This document shows positions 28,945 to 38,969 of a DNA stretch of 64,000 bases, piece after piece (position 1 is the first letter of the stretch; the number at the start of each line of letters is the position of its first letter). Position numbers and translations under genes: made by a program. Below the pieces are notes generated by a model, which was given only the letters and a program-made list of their open reading frames with translations, was not told the origin of the DNA and made no database searches. Source of the stretch: a virus; IMG/VR virus record IMGVR_UViG_3300035661_000010; one strand, 5' to 3'.

Positions 28945-29628
28945 GTGAGGTACCGGGTACCGCCCAAGAGATGGAACCCTGACATCGTCATCAACCAGCT
29001 CGCGACGGTGTACGGCGTCACGATTCAGTGGAAGCCGTTCGGTGACATGCAGAAGAACATCCGCGGCCCGTACGTGCACGGGTGCGTTCCAGAAGAAGAA
29101 ACGGTCGTCTTCGCAACGAACCGTGGCCTTGAGGCAGGTGTAGAGGTATACCTGCACGAGCTTGTACACGTCATCACGCAGGCGCCGTACTCGACCATCG
29201 ATCAGCAGCCAGAGGAGCACATGCTCTTCCAGTTCGAGCGCGCGCTCGCAAAGGAGGTGCTTGATCGGTACGACTACGAGCGCGTCGTGAAGTGGCAAGA
29301 GTGGACCATGATGAGGGTCGTCGGAGACGGTGTGGCGCTCGGCAGCTACCCGTACTACTGGAGCACGAGGTGGTGGAAGGAAGGCTACCGACGATGTCGG
29401 CTGGTTGGTCTTCTGGACAACGACAATAGACCAACCTTCGAAAGGGCTGATTGGTGGAAACTGCCCATCGAGCTCGAAGCGGTGGGTCGATCAACATTCA
29501 GCAAAAGGGAGACAGACAGATGGACGGAACTGCACGCGTACGACAAAAAAGAAAGAAGGATTCGGCACACGGAATGGGAAAGGCTCAGATCCGCTCGTTA
29601 CCGACTCCTCGCGGGCCCTTCCCTTTGA
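28945..29628 (+). CDS. HExxH motif protein (zincin-like)
   Basis: YLHELVHV...E. The GTG start overlaps the upstream stop. Confidence 0.5.
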   Translation: MRYRVPPKRWNPDIVINQLATVYGVTIQWKPFGDMQKNIRGPYVHGCVPEEETVVFATNRGLEAGVEVYLHELVHVITQAPYSTIDQQPEEHMLFQFERALAKEVLDRYDYERVVKWQEWTMMRVVGDGVALGSYPYYWSTRWWKEGYRRCRLVGLLDNDNRPTFERADWWKLPIELEAVGRSTFSKRETDRWTELHAYDKKERRIRHTEWERLRSARYRLLAGPSL

Positions 29629-30326
29629 CTGTCATGTTCGACAAGACGGTGATGCGGCCAGGCTGCATCCTGATTCAGGCGGCTGCGGGCATGCTGATTG
29701 GTCCTTGGGATCTGAACTTGATCTCGCATGGAGAGGGCTGGCTCGTGAGTCATACGGTAGACATGAAGCCGTACACGATTCACACGAAAGAAGAGTTCGA
29801 TCAGGTAAGGATGCTCGTCATGGGCTTCCACATGGTCAAGGAGAACGAGCGTGTCGAGCGATCCGAAGAAAGAGCAGGACTTGATGCCCCTCGACTGCGA
29901 GGTCGAGCGCGAGAAGATGCTGAAACAGGCTGACGAAGATCCATTCGGTATCAACGAAGATGAAGGCGACGATGAGTAGGTTGCACACGGCAGGCGGGGC
30001 CTCTGTTGCATCGAAGAGCATTCCGGGCAAAGACAAATGAGAGACCCGCTGTTTGGACTCTGGGATGAGGTGCGCGAGCCGTTTCGCGTGATGCCGGAGC
30101 TCAGATGGAACAGCAGCAATGCGGAGCAGTACGTGCTCAAGGCGATCCGCAAACATGTGCGCACCGACTTCCTCGGTCAGCCGTACCAGCCGAACCAGAA
30201 GAAGAAGAAGCCTCGCGGGCCCAGGGCAAAGTCAAAGGATAGACACGCGCGAAATGTGTTCGAGCATCGAGTGCAGCTCATCCTGGCGTTCTGGAGATCC
30301 AGTCGTCGTGAGATCATGGAGAGAAC

Positions 30327-31058
30327 ATGAAGTGGAAGCTGATCGACGTACTGCCAACGGGCGAGGTCGCCGGACTTGGTAGCGGTCCAGACTTCGATAG
30401 AGTTGTCATGTCCAAGACGTATCCGAAGTCGACGTTCGGCCAGATGCTTCGTCAGGGCCGGCTCAACGAAGACATGACTCTCCGCACAGCCGCCATCGCG
30501 AGCGGAATGACGGTGGTCGAAATCAGCTCGCTTGAGCGCGGCCAGCAGACGCTGTCGAGCGAGCAGTGGGCACAGTTGTTCTCGCTCTTGTTCGATGGAA
30601 CGAACAGGCCTGTTACGCGGCGCCACCAAAGGCTGCTGAACGATGACCTCAAGATCAAACGCATCGTCCTTCGGGATCCGAGTGGCCTGATACAAGAGAG
30701 CGTGATGGAACTGCTTCGAAAACGTCTGCATGAAAGACTGCATGAAAGACTGCTCGATGCACTGGTCAGCCTAGATGATGTCAAGCTCGTATGTGATCAG
30801 GCCATCGACAGCATGCAGAGCCTCGTTCCTCCGACGCGGCACGACTACTCGATCGAAGGAGATAAGATCGTCATCTTGTTCTCGAACACGAATGACGAGG
30901 TCTACGACATCCTCGCGAAGACGTTCATGGAGTGTGCGATCAAGAAGTACGGGTCTGTGCCAACGGAAAGCTTGGCAGCCTTGTTCAAGACGCTCGAAGT
31001 GCATCGCCCACTCGCCAAGAAGGTGCTCATGGATCTCATGCTCGAGGACGAACGATGA
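30327..31058 (+). CDS. XRE-type HTH domain protein
   Basis: FGQMLRQGRL...MTLRTAAIASGMTVVEISSLERG. Confidence 0.7.
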   Translation: MKWKLIDVLPTGEVAGLGSGPDFDRVVMSKTYPKSTFGQMLRQGRLNEDMTLRTAAIASGMTVVEISSLERGQQTLSSEQWAQLFSLLFDGTNRPVTRRHQRLLNDDLKIKRIVLRDPSGLIQESVMELLRKRLHERLHERLLDALVSLDDVKLVCDQAIDSMQSLVPPTRHDYSIEGDKIVILFSNTNDEVYDILAKTFMECAIKKYGSVPTESLAALFKTLEVHRPLAKKVLMDLMLEDER

Positions 31059-31451
31059 GCGTTCATTTGTGTGATCGCCACATCACTCGCAAGGAGCAGC
31101 TCGGCTACCTGGAGTGGCACGACAAAGCAGCCCAGTCAGCCCGGAAAGGAGAGAAGCAGGTTCGCTGCACCCAGTGCAGTCTGTACTTCTTCCCATGGGA
31201 GATGAAGTCGACTCCGAAGAAGAAGCGTCGTACGAAGAAGAGATGCGTGTTGCCATTCTCGTCTTCTGTTTCGTTGCCGCCAGCTGCTCCAGCCAAGAAG
31301 CGCAGACAAGGCCAGATCACGGCGACTGTATCCCGCTCGGAGAAGCGCTCAAGTGCTCGCCAGACTTCGTCACGCTGAAGACATGCTACCGATGCTACGC
31401 ATTCGGAGACGCATCGAATGACGCGGGCATCTGCTGTCGATGCTGTAGCTG

Positions 31452-31490
31452 AAAAGAGAAACGGTCACCCTCTTGCGAAGGTGACCGATT
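31452..31490. terminator. bidirectional terminator candidate between convergent genes
   Basis: CGGTCACC...GGTGACCG stem (31462-31487), preceded by an A-rich tract that is a U-tract on the minus strand. Confidence 0.6.
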
Positions 31491-31598
31491 CAATGAGTGC
31501 CTCTGCCCATACCCGCAGTGTGCTCGTCTTGTAACGAGTCGACCAGTCAGAGGTTTCTTTGCAGAACGGACGGCATACCGCTCACTCTCCTCCTTGCC

Positions 31599-31964
31599 TC
31601 AGGTTGCCGGGGCAGTCGGAGGCGCGTCGGGGGCAGCGGGGGCAGCGGGGGCCGAAGCCGTGTTCGCGACGATTGCAGCAGCAAGCGGATCGGCCGAAGC
31701 CTTGAGCTGCGCCGCGAGAGCATCGACTGCTGCCTGGTTGCCAGAGTTCGCCGCGAGCTCCGCAGCGATGGTCTGGATGAGGTGGATCGCAGAGGCCTCT
31801 GCGTCGGTGTTCGCCTTGACTTGAGCCGTGAGAGCAGAAAGGTCGAGAGCCATCTTGAATTCTCCTTCGAGGACGACTGCAAGAGCGAACTCGATCTTCC
31901 GTTGCGAAGCCCGTACGTCGGCAAGCTCCGAGAGAACGAGGTCCAGTTTCTTGTTGGGGTCCAT
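31599..31964 (-). CDS. Ala-rich helical hypothetical protein (alternative start at 31853)
   Basis: MALDLSALTAQVKANTDAEASA...LAAAIVANT; a GGAG RBS precedes the internal Met. Confidence 0.6.
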   Translation of the reverse strand: MDPNKKLDLVLSELADVRASQRKIEFALAVVLEGEFKMALDLSALTAQVKANTDAEASAIHLIQTIAAELAANSGNQAAVDALAAQLKASADPLAAAIVANTASAPAAPAAPDAPPTAPAT

Positions 31965-32032
31965 GTTGTTGGAACTGAAGAAAACCACGCCAACGAGCCG
32001 GCGTCCAGAAACCGTGACACGAAGGAACGAAG

Positions 32033-32416
32033 ATGAACGAGAAGACAGAACTGGTGAGTGAAAAGGACAAAGAAGAAGCGCAATCGCTTGCGCAGAAGCT
32101 TGTCGACTGTGTCTCAACGGCCACGCAGCTCGATCACGAAAAGGGCGAGCCGTTGAACGTCGACGACTGGTGCCGGAACGCCGAGAAGCCAGCTCTCTGT
32201 CAGAGCTGCGGAGGCGAGTTGCTATGTGCACCGTGGTGCAAAGGACACAAGAGCGTGCACCAGTGTGCTCTGGAGCTGATCGTCGATCGACATGAGCTCG
32301 CGGATGAGCACAAGGGTCCAGGCACGATCAGAAACCACGACATCGCTCAACGCGTCGTCTCGCTCTATCGCATGGCATCAACGCTGAAGGAAGCGGCAAC
32401 GCTGAAGGAAGCATGA
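32033..32416 (+). CDS. hypothetical Cys-containing protein
   Basis: CQSCG...CAPWC; ends in an 18-bp duplication (TLKEA twice). Confidence 0.5.
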   Translation: MNEKTELVSEKDKEEAQSLAQKLVDCVSTATQLDHEKGEPLNVDDWCRNAEKPALCQSCGGELLCAPWCKGHKSVHQCALELIVDRHELADEHKGPGTIRNHDIAQRVVSLYRMASTLKEAATLKEA

Positions 32417-32697
32417 GCGCAATGATGCGCATCAAGGTCGACAAGAAAATGTTTCAGATGGTCAAGCCAGACACCTATGGCTACGCCACCGACGAGAACG
32501 GAAAAAGAAGACGAAAGAGGCTTGCCCTCTGTAGATGCGCCGTACCGTGTCAACGCACGTTCCGTTGCAATCACCCACTGCACACCGGGCGCCGACTCGT
32601 GCCCTACTGCAACGGCGCACCGCCAGAAGACTACTGCAACGAGTGTTGGCTGAAGCCTCAGGCAAAGAAGCGAAAACCTCCAGGAGAAAAGACATGA
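32413..32697 (+). CDS. hypothetical Cys-rich protein
   Basis: ATGA-coupled, multiple cysteines. Confidence 0.5.
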   Translation: MSAMMRIKVDKKMFQMVKPDTYGYATDENGKRRRKRLALCRCAVPCQRTFRCNHPLHTGRRLVPYCNGAPPEDYCNECWLKPQAKKRKPPGEKT

Positions 32698-32863
32698 GCG
32701 ACAGAACAAAAGAGCTGGAGGCACAGATCGACGACGCCAGAAGAACTGCCGCGGGCTGTTGCTGAAATAGAGCGCCTTCGAACGTACTCAGATGGTCTCG
32801 ACGTCATGCGCATGAAGGTCATGAGAGAGCAGCGGCGGCCGGTAACGGCAGAGAATCGCCTTA

Positions 32864-32913
32864 CAGCGCTTTACCAGCGCTTTACCAGCGCTTTACCAGC
32901 GCTTTACCAGCGC
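32864..32913. repeat. 11-bp tandem repeat (CAGCGCTTTAC) x4.5
   Basis: Exact copies start at 32864, 32875, 32886 and 32897, with a partial copy at 32908. Confidence 0.95.
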
Positions 32914-33123
32914 GAACGAGATTCTTCAGATGCTCCACGCACATGTCGCAGAGATGTACGTCCGCAAGCAATTGCGTAGATGATGTGCAAGTGTGGCCAC
33001 TGCACCCCCGAAAGAGGGCTACGGCCCGTTACTTTACCCTCTGCCCGTCAGCAAGAGGTTGGCACCTCCATCCCCATGAAGTAGATCGAGTACCCGGTTC
33101 ATCGACAGCAGTAGGAGACGACG

Positions 33124-33477
33124 ATGAGTGAAGAGAAGAAAGACAGCGTGTGGTTCATAGATTCGTACGCATGGTCGGTCGGAGCAGCCGCGCTCGTCAT
33201 TGGTCTGACGTTGGGCGCGTCGATCCAGGCTGGCATCCCGAGCTCGAAGGTGAAGGAGCTAGAGGCGAAGGTGAAGGCGGCCGACGAGCGCGCCATCGCG
33301 AGTGAACAGATTCAAGGCGTGCTCGATCTCCAGACACGTCAGATCGATCACGTCGAACGGCTCGTCCTGAAGATGCAGTATGACCAGGACAAGGACCTCA
33401 AGATGAGGGAGACGGGATGGACCTACCCGCTGCTATGCAAGACCGCTACTCCGCCAGCGGATGCGGGAGAACACTGA
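33124..33477 (+). CDS. hypothetical membrane-anchored coiled-coil protein
   Basis: AGGAG RBS; one transmembrane segment then a coiled coil. Confidence 0.6.
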   Translation: MSEEKKDSVWFIDSYAWSVGAAALVIGLTLGASIQAGIPSSKVKELEAKVKAADERAIASEQIQGVLDLQTRQIDHVERLVLKMQYDQDKDLKMRETGWTYPLLCKTATPPADAGEH

Positions 33478-33663
33478 TGGGAATCACGTTCACGTGCACC
33501 ATCTGCAAGAAGCAGCACCCAAGTCCAGGCATCGATCCTCAGAGTCGTGTGCCAAAGTTCCCGTCAGCGACGTTGACGACATCGCGCAACGACAAGAACG
33601 AATGGTACGCGCACTGCATCGTTCCGTGCGCGACCGCCGACCTCGTTGCTGTGCTGGAGGGAC

Positions 33664-33981
33664 ATGAATAGAGAGATCAGGGTCCAGGCTCCAGGAACCA
33701 AGGAGCCGGCGCATGTCGACGACTTCATCGAGGACTACAGGACGGATGCGTACGCATCGTTCGTCCTGAACTACTTCCGCATGAGCGCGACGCTGCGCAT
33801 TAAGATCGCCGCGTACATGAAGGGTCACCTTCTCTTCTGCACGCGCGAGGGCACACGCTATCGAGTGACGGGCGCTTCTCGTCTCGGTGACGTGTGGCTT
33901 GCAAAAGACTACGCTCGTGACGCAGGTTACGACCTGCGTGTCGACATTGGGACGTGCTCAGGCTGGGGACCAAAGCCATGA
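33664..33981 (+). CDS. hypothetical protein
   Basis: GGAGG RBS; conserved-looking YRVTGASRLGDVWL. Confidence 0.6.
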   Translation: MNREIRVQAPGTKEPAHVDDFIEDYRTDAYASFVLNYFRMSATLRIKIAAYMKGHLLFCTREGTRYRVTGASRLGDVWLAKDYARDAGYDLRVDIGTCSGWGPKP

Positions 33982-34014
33982 AACCCAAAGCCATGAAACC
34001 CAAAGCCATGAAGC
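33970..34014. repeat. 15-bp tandem repeat (CCAAAGCCATGAAAC) x3
   Basis: Three copies, the last with one mismatch, spanning a stop/start ATGA junction. Confidence 0.9.
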
Positions 34015-34202
34015 CCCGTTACGGCCGCAGCGTTGATGCCTGGGCTGCGGACGCGATTCTGTACATCATGCTCTTGTCGATCTTCATGCTCGTGGGCCTC
34101 ACGGCATGGTGGATAGCCCGATGGATCGTGAGTACGGGACCTTGAAGTAGAAGTCTGCTTCCGAACTTTGCTACACTGACGATCCACGTTCTTGGGAGAG
34201 GG

Positions 34203-34943
34203 ATGACAATGAGCCAACGAGTGACGTTGTACACGGGCGACTGGATGAAGAACGTGGTGAAAGCGAAGACGCCGGACCAGTTGGTCTCGGGTGACAAAGC
34301 CATCTTCTTGGTCGACGACTTCGTTGGAACGTCCAAGGGAGCCCGGCTCGGGTTCGAGGTCCTCCGGGTCATGGCAACGCTCAGCAGTCTGCACATCTGG
34401 GTGAAACCGTGGATCGACGAGACCATGTGCCTCAAGATCAGATTCGATGCCGTCACGGGCGAAGGCACGTGGATGCGTACCAAGATGATGGATAGTGCGA
34501 ACAAGTTCGAGCGTGCGCTCGATCAGCTCAACGGGCTCGTCGAGAAGCATCCGGATCCCAGGAACATGCAGCTCCACGTCAATGCAGACGCCATCGAGAA
34601 GCTGCTGGACGCCTCGTTCAACTGCGAAGACGAAGAGCCGCCCACCGATCCCAGCCCTTCGACACGTGCGAAAGAGGATTCGAGCGTCGAGCTGCCCGAC
34701 ATCGATCCCGTCGAGACAGAGGTGAAGAGCGACAAGCCGGTCGATATCCTGGACACAAGCGCCGACTTCGACACCTGGATGAAGAACCTCTGCGCTGCGC
34801 TCAACGTGCCGACGCACATGCTCGATGAGGTGCGCAAGTTCGAGTCAGAGGAACCCGGGACGGACGAGGTCCACGGGCCCGCCAAGACCAGCGGTCACGC
34901 TCAGATGCTGTACGATGAGTCGCTGAACAAGCTCGCGAGGTAG
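34203..34943 (+). CDS. hypothetical protein with acidic C-terminal region
   Basis: RBS present, with an extended -10-like TGCTACACT at 34169-34177. Confidence 0.65.
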   Translation: MTMSQRVTLYTGDWMKNVVKAKTPDQLVSGDKAIFLVDDFVGTSKGARLGFEVLRVMATLSSLHIWVKPWIDETMCLKIRFDAVTGEGTWMRTKMMDSANKFERALDQLNGLVEKHPDPRNMQLHVNADAIEKLLDASFNCEDEEPPTDPSPSTRAKEDSSVELPDIDPVETEVKSDKPVDILDTSADFDTWMKNLCAALNVPTHMLDEVRKFESEEPGTDEVHGPAKTSGHAQMLYDESLNKLAR

Positions 34944-34953
34944 ATGGCCTCGC

Positions 34954-35124
34954 GGATAGTAGAGGGGACAGACGGTCGATACCGGAGGTTGGCTTCCTCC
35001 GGCGAGGCACCTGGGATGGTGCGATGGCCCTCGGTGGCAAGGAGGCGGGCCTCGACATGGCCTGTCGCCCCGCTGAACGCTTCGTGGTTCGAATCCACAC
35101 GTCCGTCTGTCCCCTCTTCTGTCC
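34954..35124 (+). ncRNA. candidate structured non-coding RNA with a T-loop
   Basis: A 22-bp closing stem (15 bp perfect, 34961-34975 with 35103-35117) encloses hairpins at 34982-35002, 35007-35022 and 35053-35067, plus GTGG-TTCGAAT-CCAC at 35084-35098. Confidence 0.65.
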
Positions 35125-35208
35125 AGCATTGTCTAGGTGCGTCGCGTTACGGTGCGCCACCGGGTCATGTTGTTGCTCTCTGGTAGGACAAGAAGTAGCG
35201 TTGTCTCA

Positions 35209-35655
35209 ATGGACGGCGAAAACGAGCTAGCAAGCCAGGAAGAGAACCCGGTAGCGAACCCAGTAGCGAAGCAGCGCAAGGTCGCACGAGGCTACAAGCG
35301 CACGTTCAAGTTCAAGTACACGGACCTAGCCAAGCTCCTCGACATGACGCCGGCAGCGGCCAGGAAGGCGGCTCAGAGGGGACGATTCGACCCGAACAGC
35401 CTCCAGAGCATCTTCGAGTTCGCAGCGTCACGGGGCCTTGTGTCCGCACCTACTCCCCAGCCTGTGAACAACGCGGCAGAAGACGTCCGCAAGCACTTGC
35501 GGAACGCAGCCGAGACAATGCTCATGGCGATGAAAGAGGTTGCGGTCGCTATCGAGGCCACCATCGAGGCCGAAGGAAAGAAACCGCCCGTCGAGTCTCT
35601 CGCGCCTTCCATGCTCGCGAAACTGGTCAACAAGAAAACAGGAACGGATCCGTAG
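35209..35655 (+). CDS. putative HTH DNA-binding protein
   Basis: YTDLAKLLDMTPAAARKAAQRGRF resembles an HTH. Confidence 0.5.
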   Translation: MDGENELASQEENPVANPVAKQRKVARGYKRTFKFKYTDLAKLLDMTPAAARKAAQRGRFDPNSLQSIFEFAASRGLVSAPTPQPVNNAAEDVRKHLRNAAETMLMAMKEVAVAIEATIEAEGKKPPVESLAPSMLAKLVNKKTGTDP

Positions 35656-35997
35656 ATGGCCGAGTACAAGGGCAACATGATCGTGGAGAAGGGAACGTAC
35701 GTCGGAGCAACGTTGCGGCCCGCACAAAAGAACCTGCTCGGTCACATGCAGCAGCCGGGGAATGGTGGAGGTTGGCTCATCAGAGACAAGATACGGGCGT
35801 ACCCCGCAGCGCTCATGAGCCTCTTCGAGCGCGGTCTTATCGACGTAGAGTGGAAGGACGGGGCCATCGTCGCGGCCAAGATCACCGACAAAGGCAGGAC
35901 GCAGTTTCCGATGGAGGTACCTGCGCAGGTTCTGCCGAAGGACACTGGAAAGTTCATGATCGAGATGGCAGAAGAGGACCATGGGCAACGAGGTTGA
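35656..35997 (+). CDS. hypothetical protein (winged-helix-like)
   Basis: ALMSLFERGLID...KITDKGR. Confidence 0.5.
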   Translation: MAEYKGNMIVEKGTYVGATLRPAQKNLLGHMQQPGNGGGWLIRDKIRAYPAALMSLFERGLIDVEWKDGAIVAAKITDKGRTQFPMEVPAQVLPKDTGKFMIEMAEEDHGQRG

Positions 35998-36436
35998 TGT
36001 TGTCGTCCTTGTCCTCGTGGTCGTAGCTATCGTGTGGAGGGAAGTCTCGGACGACAATGGTAACGAGACAGACGCTGAGTAGACGAAGATCGGGCACGGT
36101 GCGTTTGTCCGCATAGACGGCGACACCGGGACAGGGTGAGGACATGAAAAGTGTGACGACGACAACCGCCTGCGTGACGCAGGTGTTCTTGAGCGCGAGG
36201 GGCATCAAGCTCGTGGTGGCAGCTTTGCTCGAGCGAACGCCGGAGATCGAACGGTTCGCTCGCGAGCAGAGCGCCAACGGCGACACGGTACATGTGACGA
36301 TCGGTAAGCCGGACTTCGCGCAAGCACTTGCGCTGCTGGAGGAGTCTATCGAGAAGACAGGTGCCCAGCACGAGATGGGGTCTGATCTCGTCAATCGCAT
36401 CGAAGCGTTTTTGGGCACCCACGAGACTGAAGACCT

Positions 36437-36739
36437 GTGATGGCAACGAAGAAGATAAGGAGCCGTTCGACGAAGGGCAGCGTTGATGCGCCTAGCGCTC
36501 CGACAGACAACAAGATCGCTCTCTTCCTGGAGAAGGAGTCGAAAGGCGCCCTCGCGAAGATGGCCGGCGCTCTGCACTACCGCTTCATCGGAGAAGCTAT
36601 CAGGCTTCTGATCCAGAAGGCGGTGTGCGGTAAGGTCGCCGAGAAGAAGTTCGCGAACGACCTGATACACGAGGCGTCCTCGAACGTAGGGGTCAAGGCC
36701 TCGGCGGAACGCCTCAAGGCAGTGCTCGGAGGCATCTGA
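36437..36739 (+). CDS. hypothetical protein
   Basis: Coupled ORF. Confidence 0.5.
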   Translation: MMATKKIRSRSTKGSVDAPSAPTDNKIALFLEKESKGALAKMAGALHYRFIGEAIRLLIQKAVCGKVAEKKFANDLIHEASSNVGVKASAERLKAVLGGI

Positions 36740-36740
36740 A

Positions 36741-37322
36741 GTGCGCATCGTAGAGAACGGCGAAGACGAGAGCGTGCAGCTCTTGGTGTCGCCGGAGGAG
36801 TACAGCCAGATCACGAAGTGGTCACTGGACCCGGTCCTCCACGCGGATCGCTCGAAGCCTATCGCAGAGTTCGAGCGACTCATCGGATCGCCTATGTACG
36901 AGAGAATCCGGGAGTATTCGAACGAGAGACGCCAGGTAAACATCGTCATCGAGAAGAAGCGCGACCCGGAGCTCGACGCTCGGCAGAGCATGTACAACGA
37001 GATGTTCCGCGTCAATGCAACGCTCTTGGTCAGTGCAGCACTGGCTCGTGGCGGCGTACGAGCCATCGTCTGGGCCCGTGCGACGCTTCAGGCACTAGAG
37101 CAAGACGACTTCGAGTGGGTCGTTCGGCAGATGAACCCGTACGAGATTGCTGGCCAAAGCATCTTGACGACGGAAGAGCGTCTGGAGCCGTTCCGCTGGC
37201 TCGTTGATTTCTACAAGACAGCGATGGGTGATCGTCCGTCACGGGTTCTCGACGCGAATCAGTTCGCGTACGAGTACAGCGTCTTCCGCCGACAGCTGAG
37301 CACGTTGCTGCATGGTGAATGA
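36741..37322 (+). CDS. hypothetical protein
   Basis: GGAGG RBS before the GTG start. Confidence 0.6.
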   Translation: MRIVENGEDESVQLLVSPEEYSQITKWSLDPVLHADRSKPIAEFERLIGSPMYERIREYSNERRQVNIVIEKKRDPELDARQSMYNEMFRVNATLLVSAALARGGVRAIVWARATLQALEQDDFEWVVRQMNPYEIAGQSILTTEERLEPFRWLVDFYKTAMGDRPSRVLDANQFAYEYSVFRRQLSTLLHGE

Positions 37323-37752
37323 CATGGGGCAAGCATGGAGCTGATGATGGATCATGAAACGTATGTGAAGATCCTCATGTTCGCGCCCTTCGCTATCGGA
37401 GCTGGCTTCGGGTTCTGTCTTGGCGCCATGGTCGAGAGGGTGAGGCAAGAGAAAGGTCGACGATGAGCTCGGGAGATGCCGACACCGTCCAGAAAGGACT
37501 CTGCTTCGTGTGCGGCGAGCTCTCGGAGAGCTGCATCTGCTCTGCGGGCGCATCGCGAAGAAAGGTGCTGTGCCCAAGCAGACCGGAACGTGTCCGGTAT
37601 GCAAGGAGCCGATCATGAGCAACCAGGAGCAGTACGAGATCTGGTCTGCTCGTGCCGCAGTGGAACGAGCTGCCGTCAGACATCCGCACGCACTGGATGC
37701 TGGTGGCGAAGATGTCCTTGTTGAAGTACAAGCCGGTCTGAAGGAGAAGAAG

Positions 37753-37986
37753 ATGGAACCGTCATTCGATTTTGGTGAAGCACTCAAGAAGCTGAAGGCA
37801 GGGCTCAAGGTCTCGCGCGCAGGGTGGAACGGCAAGGGCATGTGGCTCGCACTCCAGCAGCCAGATGCGAACAGCAAGATGTCGCTGCCGTACGTCTACA
37901 TGAAGACGGCGCAGGGAGATCTGGTGCCATGGCTCGCGTCGCAGACGGACATCCTCGCCAATGACTGGATAGCGGAGGCGATATGA
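37753..37986 (+). CDS. DUF2829 family protein (Tad2-like anti-Thoeris sponge candidate)
   Basis: FDFGEALKKLKAGLKVSRAGWNGKGMWL...PYVYMKTAQGDLVPWLASQTDILANDW. AAGGAG RBS precedes ATG 37753; an in-frame upstream extension is possible. Confidence 0.85.
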   Translation: MEPSFDFGEALKKLKAGLKVSRAGWNGKGMWLALQQPDANSKMSLPYVYMKTAQGDLVPWLASQTDILANDWIAEAI

Positions 37987-38149
37987 AAGTCGGGAGCGTG
38001 GTCGTAGAGCTGGGTAAGGAGACGAAGAAGACCGTGGAGTCGGTCAGGGAGACGAAGAGCGAGACGTTCGTCGGCGTCGTGTGGTTCGACACGCACAACT
38101 GCTTGCACCGCAAGACGGTGAACGCCAAGCACCTGTTCGAGGTCGCGTG

Positions 38150-38452
38150 ATGGCTCAGACATCCACGAACCGAGAGCACATCGGGATGCTAGAGCACGCA
38201 CTCGCTTGCGTGCTGAAGGAAGAGGTGCGTGAAAGCTTCGAGGACATGAAAGAGAAGCTCTTGGCCCGCCCCACGCACGACCTGAGCGAGAAGCAGCTCA
38301 AGTTCGTGAAGAATGTCCTCGATCAGCACGACGTTCCTCAGTACGAGAACCTGGTATCGCGCGGGCTCGTTCCTCGAGGCAAAGAAGTGGAGACGCCTCC
38401 CGCACTCCAGAACCTGCCGAAGAGGCCGCCCTCACGTAGGGTAGAGGAGTAG
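38150..38452 (+). CDS. hypothetical protein
   Basis: Coupled ORF containing LSEKQ...V. Confidence 0.55.
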   Translation: MAQTSTNREHIGMLEHALACVLKEEVRESFEDMKEKLLARPTHDLSEKQLKFVKNVLDQHDVPQYENLVSRGLVPRGKEVETPPALQNLPKRPPSRRVEE

Positions 38453-38811
38453 GCTGTAGATCATGTTCGCAGAAGACCCGCCGAAGCCACCTCCGAATCC
38501 GATCGTCATCGCCGTGGTTACCGCGGCCCTGACGACGGTCGCTACCAAGCTCGCAGAGTGGGCAGTCCACGAGCTAAAGAAGAAGTACGGCACCAAGGAG
38601 AAATACGAAGAGCACCATGATCGGTGATGACGAGATGCGAAAAGCATGTGTTCGACGAATCTGTCGACGCAGGTAGGCGTGTGGTGCAGAAAGTCGTCGC
38701 TGACTTCAACCGGCTGAGTCCCACCATCGAGACGGTCAAGAAGGGACGACTCACGCAGTACCTGCGTCATCGCCAAGCAAGGCTTCTGACTTCGATCAAC
38801 GTTCACGAGTG

Positions 38812-38843
38812 AAGGGTCCGCGGCTTCGGCTACGGGCCCTTTC
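38812..38843 (+). terminator. hairpin with a UUCG tetraloop, terminator candidate
   Basis: AAGGGTCCG-CGGC-TTCG-GCTA-CGGGCCCTT directly after a stop codon. Confidence 0.55.
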
Positions 38844-38969
38844 GCACGTTCATCACCCAACCCTCCATCCTGCTCTTTCCACTGCCACACGAAGACTTAC
38901 GGAGTGCTCCATGGGCCACCTCTGATAGATTCTTCTCTCCCCCTCCCACCTCCCAAGAGGCCAAAGACG

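Noticed and set aside
32864-34014. CRISPR array
   Set aside because: The repeats are short, directly tandem and have no spacers, and no cas genes are present.
35084-35098. A second canonical tRNA or an attachment-site remnant
   Set aside because: A T-arm is present but there is no matching acceptor/D/anticodon cloverleaf and no integrase nearby. It is treated as part of the larger ncRNA candidate.
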